Made by a program: the position numbers and the translations under genes. DNA of 64,000 nucleotides. Source: Ophelia neglecta. Lineage: Eukaryota. Position 1 is the first letter of the stretch. Each line of letters opens with the position of its first letter. Shown here piece by piece: positions 12,990 to 27,320 of this stretch. The notes below the pieces were generated by a model. It was not told the DNA's origin. It worked only from the letters and a program-made list of their open reading frames with translations, and did no database searches. The stretch lies in contig OZ260662.1 of NCBI GenBank assembly GCA_965285935.1, positions 40,548,001 to 40,612,000 of the forward strand, read 5' to 3'.

Positions 12990-14000
12990 TTAATGCTAGA
13001 GGCAAAGCATTTATACATTTGAAAAGCGTTCCTAAATTGTGTCTGGAGGAGCTCGAGAACACATTTAATGATTGTGCTTGATCTAAGGGAATCAATCTGG
13101 CTTTTAGGGAAGTTTAGTTTGCGTGATCTCTGCTGTGGGTTTCATAATGACTGGCCAAACACTGTGATAGACACAATGATGAAAGCATGCGACCTAGCAC
13201 GTGGCGGAAAGACTATCATGTGAACACGGATACTAGGGAGAAAATCTCTATAAATATAGTGTTCGAATATTATCTCATATTACACAGCATGATATTGTTT
13301 ATGAATATTAGTTTGGGTTTACTGATAATAATCAATAAATCTGGCTCTTTACTTGCTGATCGAGATAATGTTACATTATCTAGATACCCCAGTCTTTAGC
13401 TCAGGCAAACATATTTAGATTTCCCAAGGCCTCTGTCGAAGTTCCCTTATGATTAATTTGAGCACTTTGAGTGTTAACGAGATCGGGGAGTTGCACTTTA
13501 ATAACTAGAACACTATTTCAGCAACCGCAGACAATGCGTAGACTAAAGCTTAAAGGGCAGACGTTAAGTCCTGTCGGCTACAAGAGTGGTGTCCCACAGG
13601 GATGCATACTGTGCCCTTTATAATTTATTATTATTATCATTATTAGACCTATACATTTGCTTGGAAATGAATCACTTGGGTTTGGAAAATACAGACAAAT
13701 TATGTATTTCAGGAATCGAAAAATCACAACAGCAACGGATTATCTATCTCGCTGAATAAAAATGCTGGTGCAACTCTTACAATCCTCAGATTATTTAGAC
13801 CTATTATAGGCATAGATTCATAAACCCGTTATCTTGAAATTGCCATATGGCTTCCCTATAGAAGATCGAGATCTTACCAATTATATATCGAGAAGTCTCA
13901 AAAACTTCAGATAAGTATTCGCAGATATCTACTGTCTTTCATCCTGTCCTAAGTCAGGTTAATTATTGTACACATTCTGGGTCCTTCCATGGATTTACCA
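12990..14000 (+). pseudogene. Decayed CR1/L2-clade LINE ORF2 (RT domain)
   Basis: Ordered motifs NQSGF (13090), YLDF-KA..VP (13412), HYFSNRRQCV (13511), SGVPQGCILCPL*FII (13585) and IWLPY...IEKSQ (13845), with many stops and frameshifts. The YADD motif is lost. Confidence 0.85.
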
Positions 14001-14806
14001 CTAACATATGTGTCGGTGATGGCATTAAGTCCAAAGTGTTATTTACTGGAAATAGTTTTGGTGAGATTTATTGAATCATACGTCGAGGGATGAGCTTATA
14101 CCACTGAATTATTCATTGCATGAGTGATAATATGTTGGTCACAGGCTGTTCGTGACAGTGAAGTAGACATTTTGAAGTTGATGTTGCTAATATAAAAGTA
14201 CTTGTGGCTACTCAGTAGCAATAAAAACGAGGCGACCCTCATTTTTATACTTCAGACTGATCAGAGTAGCCGAAAAAATTGCCCTTAGGCGTGTGAAGAA
14301 CACCGGCCGCTAGTGGCGGTTATGTGCTGAGAAGCTGGGCGTTGAAAATATTGATAGTGGTCTCAGATATATACAGGATTTGGCCTAACATATATCAGCC
14401 GATGATGTATAAAATATGGCTAAAAGCAGATGATCCACATTCAATTTGGTGTTTGCACATATCAATATTGCACAATAAGTAATTGAAAAATAGTAAAGTG
14501 TTGGGTTAATTTTCTTTACACAGTTATTCGCCGAAGACACGTTCCAACTTTCCACAAACCACAAGCTAAATTATTTTTTCTAGTGGCCAGGTGATGCAGT
14601 CATTGCTCAATTCAGGAAACGAGGCCTAATTGTTTCCGGAACTAGCCATATGCCTTCCCCATTTTTTCCTTTGGTTTTTTGCAGACATGCACGAATGAAT
14701 CCAGATATGCTTCAGGATCGATATGGTTCTGGTTCAACCAGACATGGCGATAATCTCCGATATTAGTCTTCGTCTTCGAAACAATGCAGTAGAATATCAT
14801 ACCTTG

Positions 14807-15103
14807 TTAACTCAGTATCAGGGGCCTCATTGTCAGATTTGGACTTCTATATTCTGTACTCAATATATTGTAAAAATGGTCGTTTGGCAAATAAATGGCA
14901 TGTTTGGATAATGTAATAGTATCGTCCCTTGTGCATAATTTTTTGGGCACGGCTGCAGTATAATCTTTGAAGCCAATTTCGGGTTGGTGTATCTTAAAGA
15001 GAAAGGTAAAGATGGAATAGACCGCCAAACTAGCCAGAAAAACTGTACCTATTACTTGTAAAAGCCGGTTCAAATTAATGGTCGGCACTGAACTTTGAAT
15101 CAA
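14807..15103 (-). pseudogene. Possible L1/Tx1 endonuclease C-terminal relic
   Basis: KIHQPEIGFKDYTAAV...YLPNDHFY loosely resembles I.PGF.SDHSAV...SLL.D..Y. Weak match. Confidence 0.25.
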
Positions 15104-17799
15104 TTACCCAATGTGCCATTATAGGCACTTTCATAACGAGGATAATCCAAATATACCGACAGGAAAGCTAACGGACTTTACATGCCTAGTACCTATAGAG
15201 GCTACTTGCGTTTGAGACCTTCGAGGTTAAATAAACAATCATTATAATGTCGCTCCCGAGATTAAACAGATAAAGGGAGCAGCAAAGGATATACCTTTTT
15301 AGTAAGAAATAAAAAGGGTGTTTCTCGGCTAACAGAGTAGAAGGTGAAATGGCCACCTGCACAATTTACAGGAAGATATTAAGTAACGCGGAAACAAGAT
15401 ATTTCTTAGTCAGAGGATCCCTGTGGTAATTCACGTCAGCATAAAGCTTCCCGTCCCGTTTTATACTGCTAATATAAAGGAACTTTAATGCAAAGTCTAG
15501 CTTCTGTTACTGGCAGAATTCTAATATACGATGTAATAGTATGCCGGAGGAGTAGAATATATCTTTCTAGATAGACATTCGGTTGATAGCAGATCCAATT
15601 TGTACACAGCATATTACTACTCGCAGATTTACTTCTTTACATTTGGTTTTTAAAAGTAAATGTGTAAATCCCCGAATTGCTGATATCCTTGGTACAAGCT
15701 ATTACTGCAATGGCGTTACTTTTGTCCTGTTTATAAAATTATCACTAGCTCTCTTTCATGGATACTTACAGAAGCTCAAAGATTGGTAAACTGCCGGGCA
15801 CTGGTTGTATGGGGGTGGGGGTGGGGGTTGGGTGAGGGGCGACACTGACCAAAATTTGGGGTAGGGATGCGCATAGAATGAAAAATGAGGATCTTTATTG
15901 AAGCATTTTAAAAGGAACAAGTGCATTCAGAGAAGAAATATAGTAAGTAATATTAATAAATGTATAATGTTAAATGCATTTCATTATCCGACAGAAAGAC
16001 ACTAAACAAAATCCATAAGGACAGTTAACCTTAATTGAATAATAAGATAATAAAAAGATCCCCCAAAAAATCGAGTAATTTTTTTTAAACTGTTAAAAAT
16101 AATATTTTTCCCAGGAATGCTTGTAATTGTTCAAACAAAATTGAAACTAAATTTAACATAACCTCAGGTTAGGAAAATAATACATTTCAACTGAAAAGGT
16201 AGAAGTAGAAAGCAAATTTGGCTATTTAAGTACAACTCTGGTTAAATATTGAAGTTATCGAGTGCAGTTTTCATCTGAAGAGATTTAGTAATATTATTCC
16301 TTAAAATGTCTGTAACTTTCATGAAAACATCTTTTACCTGTTCCTTCATACCTCAAATAGGCATATTTTGGGGAAAAAGTGTGTCAAAAGACACAGAAGT
16401 TACATACATACGTCTAGTTGCCTATGTTTTGGGCGCCTGTTTGAGGGGGGGGGGGCATCACTGCTTTGAAGCTTGGCATTCAAGGTTCCTCGATACAATT
16501 ATAATTCAGAAAATCTTTGGTTACATCTTTTAAGGCACTGGAGATGCTTTTAGTTGTAAGCTGCCTAATAGGCATCTACATGTATGTTGAACATAAGAAG
16601 GAAAGTTAGTTATCCGAGGAAATCCTATGATAAGTTTTAATCCGTATCCAGTCCATCACTCCATACTTTATGTTGTTATTTGATCTACTGATCCTTTCAA
16701 CACCAGCCTTTAGCTAAATGCTATGCTCAAAATAAAACCTCCTTATCAACGGCAACAAACGGAGCTTGCAGTTTGGAACGTCTCAGTATTTCAGGATCAA
16801 GTTTTTTCCAAACTCGACAGTGATTTACTGGAGGTTTCAAGCCATAGGTGGTGTGTGGAGTCGTCTGCAAGCAATGTTTGACAAATGACCACCTGAGCCA
16901 TGGCCAGCATGGTCACGGTCAGCGGCTGGTCCAAAGACCCAAAGAATTGATATCGTTGTACTAGAGAATGATATCGGTCGATTCAGGTGTCTAAGGCAAA
17001 CATGTGAATATACATGTAGGTCTGTTTGAAATGGGCTATTAATTTTGAGCTAAAGGCAGAACATAAAGCTAGAGCTGAGTTAGGGAGGATTAAAAAGGTT
17101 TTATAACCCATTCATTCTTACGTCACAGTCATAACTATACATGTAGTCTTCTTTACGATTCATTTAATGCCTTACTCTTTCGACAAAGGTAAAGTCTATG
17201 AGTAAAGAGGGAATTCTCTTGTCTGCTACCCAATATCAAAAATTCTTTTTATAAAATAACTTTTTAAGCTTTTTAAAACTCTTGAAATAACCTTATTTCA
17301 TAACAATGTTAACTTGTAATTAAGTTGTTCCGTCTGAATCAATCTGAGCATCTAATTTTATTTGAAATGTGGTTTAAATCTATTGAAAAATGACAATATT
17401 AATGAGTTCTGAATATTTCAAAATGGGGCTGTGGCCTTGAAAGTAGCCCGAGGTCAAATTCCATTTGTATTGTCATTTTTATTTGTCCAGCATCGAAATC
17501 TACCATTGCAAAGTTCTAGTAAACTCTCTTGAGAGATGTGACCGGTCAGTCGTACACTAGCACAGTATTTAAAAGCGTAGTGCAGACCTATAACACTACA
17601 GCAGTTTGTTTTCCATCCTCTTTGTTAAGTTCAAGGCCTGTCAAGATCAACGGAAGTTGAGGTTAAGCTGCACAGCCCGAGCCAGCGTGATGTAACGGCA
17701 ATCTTTGATTTAACATGCGCAACTGATTGATTTTCTGGTTGACATTGACCTGTACCGTCAGCCAATTTGTAAATTTCTCCACTGTTCTCCATGAATCAC

Positions 17800-17925
17800 C
17801 CCCGACTGTACTACGGACTTACTACGGACTCACTTATGATCACTATGATTGACCATGGTTGCCCTCGGTTTGCTCACCGTAGCTCCACCGGAACTAAATA
17901 CCTGTAAGGGTGTGACTATGGGCTT
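17800..17925. mobile_element. Terminal fragment of non-autonomous DNA element with 10-11 bp subrepeats
   Basis: CTACGGACTTA-like units end in GTGTGACTATGGGCT, which resembles the terminus GTGGGACTCGGGCT at about 43832-43845. Confidence 0.45.
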
Positions 17926-17979
17926 TGCTATACCCACTATCCCTCGCTCCCTTGTAATTTGTATCTAGTTTCAGGAATT

Positions 17980-18760
17980 ATCTTGCGAGTTACAGATTTT
18001 TTTAAATTGCATTTTGAAACTCGAGGCAAGTAAAATCTCTTCGTTAGTTACTACTGTTACATATCTATAGAAAGAAAAAGAAGGGCCATCTTGTCGTGAG
18101 TTACGGTGTGTATTTTATTGCAATTGGAAACGCGGGGCAGGTGACGTCATCTCATGAGTTATCAAAAGAGTTTATTGAAACGCAAGGTGTGTGAGATTGC
18201 CTCATCCATAAGGCACATTATGCGTTTCATTGCAAAATAAACGTGAGGTATATCTAGTTGAGACCTCCTCGTGTCTTATGATAGTATGTATTCGTTATTT
18301 GTGAGACGTGTTGTGGAAAACTCTTATTGTGCTACTCTTGGTTTTGTTTAATTTTATGTTAATACGCGAGGGGAACATAGATGTTAAATCTCCTATAAAG
18401 TCCCTCTTTGTATTTTATAGCAATATGAAACGTGAGACAGCTGGGATCTCATGACCAGATCACCAGGCCTAAGTATTTATTTGCATTTGGTATAGCGAGG
18501 AGGTTAAATCTACATGTACTTACTAACTGGCTCTATTTAAATTTTTAACTGGAGGTGCGTGTCATCTCCTCGGCAATGATTGGCTCTGTAAAAGCGTGCA
18601 ATTTAAAACAGGAGGCCGATGAAGGCTATACCAGACGTGTTTATAGACACGCGAGGCAGGGTTTGCCCACGATTTTCATTGTGAGTTTTATTGCCATCTA
18701 TAAGCTCAGGCTGGTGTGGCCAGTGTGCGTGTTTTTTTGCAATTTGAATCGATATCTAAA
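17980..18760. repeat. Ancient degenerate array of TTTATTGCAWTTGAAACGCGAGG-like motifs
   Basis: Copies at about 18005, 18113, 18171, 18226, 18360, 18414, 18480, 18596 and 18646, often 55-65 bp apart. Confidence 0.6.
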
Positions 18761-21700
18761 TGGTATCCTTCCCAATTTATGACATGGTGGTTTCGCCTTC
18801 CTCCTTCCCGGCGTAGTGCAGGATGTGTATGATATATCATACATGTATGGGGCAGGTTGTACAGTCGTATAATATGGTTTTAGTATTTTTGGATTTGTAT
18901 ATCGTTCATAAATCAGTCTTTTAGCTGAAACGCCCTTAGTTAACCGTACTGCCTCGTTTTCGGCCAAATACATAACGTACTTGCTTTCATTGGGAAGTTA
19001 AAAATGTAGAAGCTTGATTCTCAACTTGAATTGTTTGTTGAAAACCGAGAGCATGAATAAGAACGCATATCATATGACCACGCAATTGTGCTGTGGATTT
19101 TGATAATAATGTGCATGTGTGAAATGAATTGAAGCATACATTTAACACGATAAACACAGTCAACATGTCCATGCCTGATACTTATATGCGAGTAAGTACG
19201 ATGTCTTAAAGTCACGAGATTAATTCTTTCCGGAAGATACCGACACCTTTAAATGCATAGGATATTAGAAAGAGCGTGCCCGAGTATGCGCCTGACCTAG
19301 ATCATTGACCGAATTAACTAGCCACGTTCTCTCAATGCTACTCACCATCAAATCGCTTTAAATGCCAACATATTGATTGATTATTACAAAATACCATATT
19401 GAACAATGCGTTTTTACCAAAAGTTGCAAACCATATCGCCCTTCTCCGTTATGATTCCCCGGCGGTGTTTCAGCATCGCCCTCTCCTATGATGGTGTCAA
19501 ACACTTGCTGTCGTCTGGTAGTGACAATATGTCCCCAGTGTGTTACAACTGCACGATTGAAGTTGACATTTGAAAGCTCAAAGGCGTCTTTGATGGCTGA
19601 CAAATGCATGGCCTGGTCGTCAACAAAAGTGCTGGGTAAAACGTGCTGCACAAATCTCGACGCAGGAACAAATAGCAAGTTATCAACACAATGCATTTCG
19701 AATAGGCCTAATGGCGAATGAAAAAATATATATGCTCAGGGAATAAGGTGTGATGATTTATTAAACCTGCTCGTACTTGAGACATAGACGGAATATTAAC
19801 AGTAAGAACACCGTCCCTTTGTTTTACTTTCGTCTATAGGAAGAGTCTCCTGATACCATTGATAGTTCATTTCATATTGAGATGCAACGATGACAAATAT
19901 CCTTTTGATCTACAAAAATAATGGTTTGTGTATATTTAGGCAAGATACATATAAATATAAAACAAAACTTCCAGGAAAATTCACTTTCCCAATCTCATTG
20001 AGGTCTACTGTAAGTGTCTGAGAATCTGAATCTTCAGTCAGTGTCACTAAACTGAGCTGCCTATAAACACAGACCAAAACAACTCGTAGGCCTAGACTAA
20101 GCCCAGACTTGATACTAAGCAGGATTAAATGACTTTAGTTTTGGGACCATGAAAACGGAGTATTAATACTGATTACTTTCGGTCACAGATCTATATGATC
20201 TATATGAGTAGCTCGGTAGAACTATTTCTTCCAGCGTGCGGGGATTGATGATCAATCGGATCATATGTACCGGTTACATAAGTCACAGATCACACTTTTA
20301 ATGCTCGGTCTTAAAGTGAGTACGACGCCTTTTTTCGAATGTAACACAAATCAAAAGAGCAAAATATAGCTTTAAGAAATCGACCTGTTTATAAATCATG
20401 GTAGATTTGAGCTGCGTTTAAAGCGAACACAAAAGCAATGGCCTATATTATGACCATTGTGCGGCCGCTCTGAGACTGATACGCTATTTTTTTTCGTGTT
20501 TCGGGGTCGGGCGGGGTAACCGGGCTCCTGGGGTGCGCGCGTTCATGCATGTGTGTGTGGTATGTATGTATGCGCATTAAGGGCCTGGTCGCCCTGGCTG
20601 GCCCCAAGTACACCTAAAGCTTGAGATATTGTCCAACATTTTATGCATCATAAATGTTGTTCGATTGTTAGCATTACTGGGGAGTTCTTCCCATAAGTGA
20701 TATACTTCCTTGAACAAACCAGTATGAATAAATATGTAAAAACTAACATATATTGTTGCTTGCTGACTCGAAGCAAAATTTATGATTGATACTAGGCCTA
20801 GTAGGAATTATACATTAAATAAATAAGATGGTTATACCCGAATCAAAAATCAAATCAAATCATCTTTAAGAATTGATTAATATCATTGCTAGACGGAATG
20901 GAGTACTACTTCTATGTGGCGCAGGGGGGCGCTTGCGCAACTTCCTTCGGGGTCGTCCGCGTTCTATTGGGCCAGCCATAATACAGTCACACATACCGAG
21001 CAAGTTCAGTTCTAATCAAGGGAAGACAGCAACAAAAGAAGATAAACATCTGCTTTATTTCGAAGGAATACCCTGCCTAGCCAGTGTGCAGCGTCGAAGG
21101 AAAGTTAATTCTCCATCTTTATGTTAATTAATTCAAAACATTCCGATCCTGACCTTTGGCAAGAATCCCTCCACCGTAGGTTTATATGGTTATTATACAT
21201 CGTAGAAAACGACTTATGTTGCGAAATATAGTGCCGAGTACACAAAGAGAGCATCCATGTGAATGTTTTATACCTCAGCTAGCTATAAGCTCGGGAAACC
21301 CATTTTTGGACTATATATTTCAAGGCGTGTGATATAAGACAATACAATCCTATGTAGGCTATATGATATTCTGCTCCAATAGGGAGCATGAATACACAGC
21401 ACCGCCATTGCGCAGGGACTGAGAACACATTGTTTTAACGGTTGCGCTCAGAACCTTCTACGAAAATGTCGTATAATAATAATGTCATACTTAGCAACCA
21501 TGAAGTGTGCCAATTCGACAAACTTGAAAGGCGCGTGGGTCATAAATTAAACATGTTTGAAGACATGAAAACTGTCCTTGATGGTTTCATTAGTCCACGA
21601 TGGAAACTATATCTTATGTTGCATCGTTATTGTCTTTAAGGATCACAAATTATGCGCCTAACTTGAATAAGGCACTACTTTGTTTCCCGCAACTATATGG

Positions 21701-23539
21701 CATATGAAAGAAGAAAGGGAAATGAACACACTCGGTTATCCAGCCGTTGTGAAAATTAACTAGCAAAACCTTTTTATCACACCAGCAATAAGAAATGAAC
21801 CAACTTATTAGCGTAGGGCCTATAGCAAATGATGTTAAAGTGTCAGTCTCTCATAATATCCTAATTGCCGGCCAGTTTGTGTCGCCAAGATATAAGTTAG
21901 TCCGCTGAGAAAGAAAGAAGCTAAAGTAGTAAGCAAAAACAACCAGTTGAGCTTGTAACTTGGACAAGGCAAAATGATTTTTTTATTACTCTGAATTCCT
22001 GACTAGGCCTAATTGATATGAAGGTAACTAATATAAAATCCGTAGATTCTTAAAAATGGGAAAAAGCACATATCGGCCAATTCAGTAATGGCAGACAGGA
22101 GACTAAATTTGCGGGAGACACAAGGTAGCAGGCGCAATAATAATATATCAGATGTCTGCAAAATGTATTTTGAAAATGGTAAGACGCCAACACTTCCCTG
22201 TAAACATAAAAGGCAGCAAATGCCAAGTAGAATTTCGCCCAAGGCAACTGACATAGTCATCGCCCCAGTTCAGCTTGGACACAAATCACAGACGCCACCG
22301 CAAGAGTATCTCTTGTCAAACGCTAGTATCGGACATGATGCCCAAGAGCAATTGAGTATGTTTCGTCGACCTGATGGAAAAGCCGGTGTTTCCGCTCTAG
22401 GCCTATCGATCATTTCGTCTTATGGTATAACCAGGACGCTCTTTCTTCCATGTAGCATACAGTTATGTACTTTTTTGTTACATAGTGATATTAGAAAGGT
22501 ACCTTATGTAAACTGAGTACACAGTGATTATTATGTTGTATAGGGCATGAATACAACTAATAATTTTTTATCCACAAATGTCAGGTTGTTTTTCAATTAT
22601 ATGTCACATAACCAATTTCCTTGGATATCAGGTAACTCTTATTATATAGAACATATTAAAGTCGACCAAATTTTTAAATAAAAGTTAATATTAGTTCGTT
22701 TTACAAATAATTTAGCAATATGAAGGGAGCAATGAGCGGATACCTGCCGTATCATAGTTATTCACATTAATTAAGTGCATTTTAAAGCTACATATACTTC
22801 AAGTGAACTTTCAAAATTAACTGCCCGAGAGTCAGTTCCTGATTATAGTAATAATATACAAAATCATACGGCTCAATCATGTGAAAGATAAAGGCTGATT
22901 TCACAGTGGAAAATATAACTAAAGCTCCAGGAGAAATCGGTGGCCGACTTTATTGAGCACGTTCTTATTGCCCCCATCTTAGTCTTGGACAACGCCTAAT
23001 TCGACTAAGGAACTCTCAAGTTCTATTTTACCAGACTAACAAGGGTATAAAGCAGATTGTTTACCATTAGAGCCTTCAAGAGGTAAAGGACCAGTACATC
23101 TCGAGGCCAGAAGGAAATAGGTAGACCCGAGCTAACTCATCTGAAGAGCCTCTCATTCAGTAAATCATTTATGTGAAACTATTAGCTTAAGGCAATCAGC
23201 ATATTGACTCAAATCTCCAGACACTGCCTCGTTGTCATTTTGATCAGGTAATGAACACCGCACAAAAGAGTTACTCAGTCTCATCGGAGATAAGATAAGT
23301 CTGATGAACGTTTATATGCCGCGTATCCCTTCATCTTGTCCCCCATTCTGCATGTAGTAATCTTATTGTAAACAGCTTTCTGATTTTACTTCTTCAAAGG
23401 TAATTGAGTTGCGTGGGGATACTGCGGGGTACTGTGGGTTAGTAACTATGTTCCAAAACTTTTTCCTATGGGTTGGCATTTTTAAAATTTAAAATGTCTA
23501 TTGCATATTGAACGTTAAAAATAAAATGGTTTGCACACA

Positions 23540-24200
23540 CAAAGAAGCGTCCGGTCATATTGATTATTAACCTTAAATAAGCCTTCAAATGCACTCTGTA
23601 CTAAAGATATACTCCAGTCACATTTATCAATAACTGCATTAAACAACAGACTGCACATAAGTTCAGTTTGTGTATATAAGTCAGTGTCTAAAATATGCCA
23701 CCATGCATTAGCTTTGTCATTCGTGCTAGTTTTTGTTCAGAAATTTGCATGCACTCGGCCCAGTCGACTTTCATGTAGAGGCCGGTGCCCCTTTATGGGT
23801 ATCACGACACAAATCAAGCATGGTCATTAAATTTGCAAATATGAAGCGGGAAATATCAATAATGTTTGATTATGATAGACAGATACGTCGGAAACTACAT
23901 ACCTGAAGCTTACACCATCTTCTTCACCAGGATTTTATCAATGGTTATACCATGCCTGAAAACAATGAGGCATGGCTTAAACATATTATAAAATGATTGT
24001 TGCAACAAAAAATAGAAACACAAGCATATAGGGAATAACAAATATATCAAAATTTACAAGTCTAATATTGTTCCTCGGATAATGAAGGACAGGTTGGAAG
24101 TATGGCTTAGTACTTTAACTTATTCAACACGGGTCTCCGGTATGAGTATGTGAGGCAAATGCGTGGCCCTTGTCCCGACAGAATTAACCTTTGAGATGGG
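23540..24200 (+). pseudogene. Decayed CR1-like LINE RT fragment
   Basis: Collinear motifs INLK*AF (DLKKAFD), MFDYDRQIRR at 23862 (MFADDTKIYR), LLHQDF (LQ.DL), K*LLQ (KWLL.FN), HIGNN at 24025, and KD..EV.L. Confidence 0.65.
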
Positions 24201-26830
24201 AAATAATGCATCATGCCTCCCTTGGCCTAACAATCCGCTGGAGAAGATGGCATTTTGAACATGTCATTAAATGTAATGGCCTAAATGGAACAATGTCATT
24301 GTATGTTAAATTCAACGGTTTTGCTAAATGCATTCACTTTATGTGCTGAGATCACATACATAATGTTCGTGTTTTAACTTCGATGCAGTCTAATTAAATA
24401 CTAGCTATGTAGAAAGGCATATTTATTCTGACATTTCGCATTTAAGTAACTTCGCACATGATGTAGTACCTTCCATTGGCAATATAGGTCATCTGAGGAA
24501 TATGTATTTATTCTAAATCAAAGGCAAATGTTCGCACTCGCTAGGGCGGTGACACAAGGGGCAGCACAAGAGAGGCCAAATCACACGCGTCCGTTGATTT
24601 TGACATCTTAGTTTCCATAATGAAATTGATGTTTATATCGGTGGTTCGGAAAACATGCGTATTCGCCTACCTTGAAAGGCCCACACCTGTTCCTAAATTG
24701 AGTCACTGAAGAAGTTGAGTCGGAAGAAATGTCCCAATTTTCTAGAGAAGTCTTAATTGATTACAAAAATGCCAAAGCATGGCATACACAGAACAGAACG
24801 TGGTGACTGGATGAAGCGGCGTCCATGTACTGACCAGGTCATGGTATCCGGATGGAGCAATCCGAGGGGGGAAGACATGCTCAGCCTCTAGCCATCTGTT
24901 GAATGCGTTGAGCTGCCACAACACTGGGCCTTATATAGATGATGAGGCGGGCGCGCCCCTCAATAGGCAATTTGCACCAGCGATGAATGACAGAGACACC
25001 CGCGTAAAAGTAACGTCTGGAGCTCGTTAGAATCACGATTGTTCTTTGGCTAATACCTTTATTATTTATTTACAACAGAGCTTATTTAAATATCTTTATG
25101 TACCATTGCTCAACTAGATAATCATATGTCCATCTTTCATGCGTCTTTCGGGCCTTTTATAATCATACTGCCATGGGAAGTATAAAGAAGAAATACTCAC
25201 CTTTCACACTAAGCACTTATTAGAAAAAGAAATTCAAGACAAACTGTCACGACGAAGCAGAAGAAAGTCGGTCGCCTCGTCCCGGGTAGGGCAGGATACG
25301 GCCTACACAGTTATTCGCAAATCTTGGCGCTGTACATAGCTTAGCAATGATTGATGCACTCGACTTGTCAGTCATAGAGAAATACACTCTAAGGAACAAT
25401 GGACATTAGCCAAAGAGCAACCTTTTTTTGTTAGGACACCGATATCTATATATGACAAGGAATTTTCAGACAGGAATGGAATTGTTTCGTATGTGAAACA
25501 TCCTTTGACATTTTAAAAAAATCTCGTAGGCCTAGGTTTCATATTGAATTTCAATTATTTACACTTATGCAATGTGCACGGACAAAATATTGAATGTTAA
25601 TTCATTGCATATATATAAAAGAAGTCAAAATTGAAGGTGTTTTTTATCTCTGAGACAATTATGTGAAGACATAAGGTAATTTGACAGGGCCTACATGTTG
25701 AATATTATCTCCATGACAAGGAATGAGTACACTCAAGACTGAAGACTCAATCGTTTATAGGAGGATAGGAATAGCATAAATAGACGTGTCCATAAGCTTG
25801 AATGAGAATGTCAACAAGAAGACACAGACTGTTCAAACACAAAATCAATTTGTGATCACTATCACCAGCCATAAATTGAAAGTAATTCACGGAAGTGGAA
25901 TGCTGTCATGGTTTTAGAAGGTGACCAATGACATCAATTTAGAAATTACTGGTGCTGGGGGAGCAATCGGCTCACTTTGGTCTGCGAGTTGGGGGAGGGG
26001 GGGGGGGGGGTGACTCAAGGCAGGAACGCCACAGCACTGGCAAGCCTATGGACGGAACTCATCTGAATCACGCTCTCGCAAAATTGTAATTTTTTATCGG
26101 CTTCAAACGAATAACGTGTGTGGAATTGAAAACAAAATGAATAAACCCAATAATGCATCAATTTGCATTTCGTCCAACCATCGATATTATAAAAAATTAC
26201 ATTCCACGTTTGGAGAGAGAAATCTTTCTATGTATCATATGTAAATAATCCACAATATTCAACACTTTTTCCAGCCGGAATTGGTTTGTTCAGGACAAGT
26301 TTTGCAGAATTGTCAATTAAATAGCAATATTTGCTGTGAACTTCTGTGATATTTACCGGAAATCCAGCATCCGAATGCTAATTTATACTTCAAATGGAAA
26401 GATTTTTTAACACATATCAAATTAATGTAAGCCGGTCCATGAAACAACAGTTATATGAAACCTGCAAATATACCTATTGACTAAGAGAGGTAATCGCTTT
26501 TTTGTCATTGCAAAGTCCAAATGAACTTTCCAAAAATGACCTATACAAACTAGGTTTACTACGACACCGTGATAACAATCTTGCCATTATATAGGCATTT
26601 ACCATAACTTTTTCATTCATCACGAACACATAAACACCTGATACTCTGTTCTGTGACCTTTTCATCAAAAATAGATTCGCACGTATTCTTCGATTTTTGT
26701 TTGTTTTGGGGGAAAAACTTAATCTAAACAGTTTATTGGTAATCAGAATCCGAGCGTTATTGACACCTTTAAATTTGTAACTTTACGCCTGCTGTCTTGA
26801 ATTTTACGCATGTTGCAGAGATGTAATAAA

Positions 26831-27176
26831 CCGAACAGGGGGGGGGGGGAGAGATACACCAATAAATGGCCAGGGCAGGCAGGGTATCTTTCCACCAATT
26901 TTTTCCTATCAAATGGAGTATCTTTTTTCATAGGGATGCTACCAAATGGGTCCTTTTTCACAACTGTGCTATCAAATAGGTCATCACATTTTTATGTCTA
27001 TCAAAATGGTTTCATTTCAGCTTTTCTGACGATTTTTCTACCAAATGAGTACATTTTACCAACAAAAATCTATCGAAAGGGTACCTTTTCGAAAAATTTC
27101 TATCAAATGGGTATCTTTCTAATGATTTAATCTGCGCCCTTAAATATAAGAAGTACCCCCCCCCCCCATCCCCCGG
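26831..27176. mobile_element. Non-autonomous DNA element with poly-G/poly-C ends and an internal 13-bp motif array (CMC/EnSpm-like, tentative)
   Basis: Starts CCG..G12 and ends GTAC-C12..CCCCCGG. It holds seven CTAYCAAATGRGT-like copies at 26906, 26939, 26969, 26998, 27038, 27070 and 27100. Flanks allow either a 2-bp AA or a 5-bp GAACA duplication. Confidence 0.65.
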
Positions 27177-27320
27177 AACAAGAACGCCTCATAACTTGCA
27201 TGCATTTTCGATTTCGATTTTAGAGCTAAGGGTCCATATGTCAGATGGAGAAGTAGAATACACAAATTGTATACTGTGGTTTAGATAAATAACGCGCACG
27301 ACTGACAAAAGACATATCTT

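Noticed and set aside
22088-22516. 142-aa + strand ORF
   Set aside because: No recognisable domain or convincing splice context, and the length is compatible with chance in 64 kb.
26906-27112. CRISPR array interpretation
   Set aside because: The repeats are only 13 bp and degenerate, the context is eukaryotic, and no cas genes are present.
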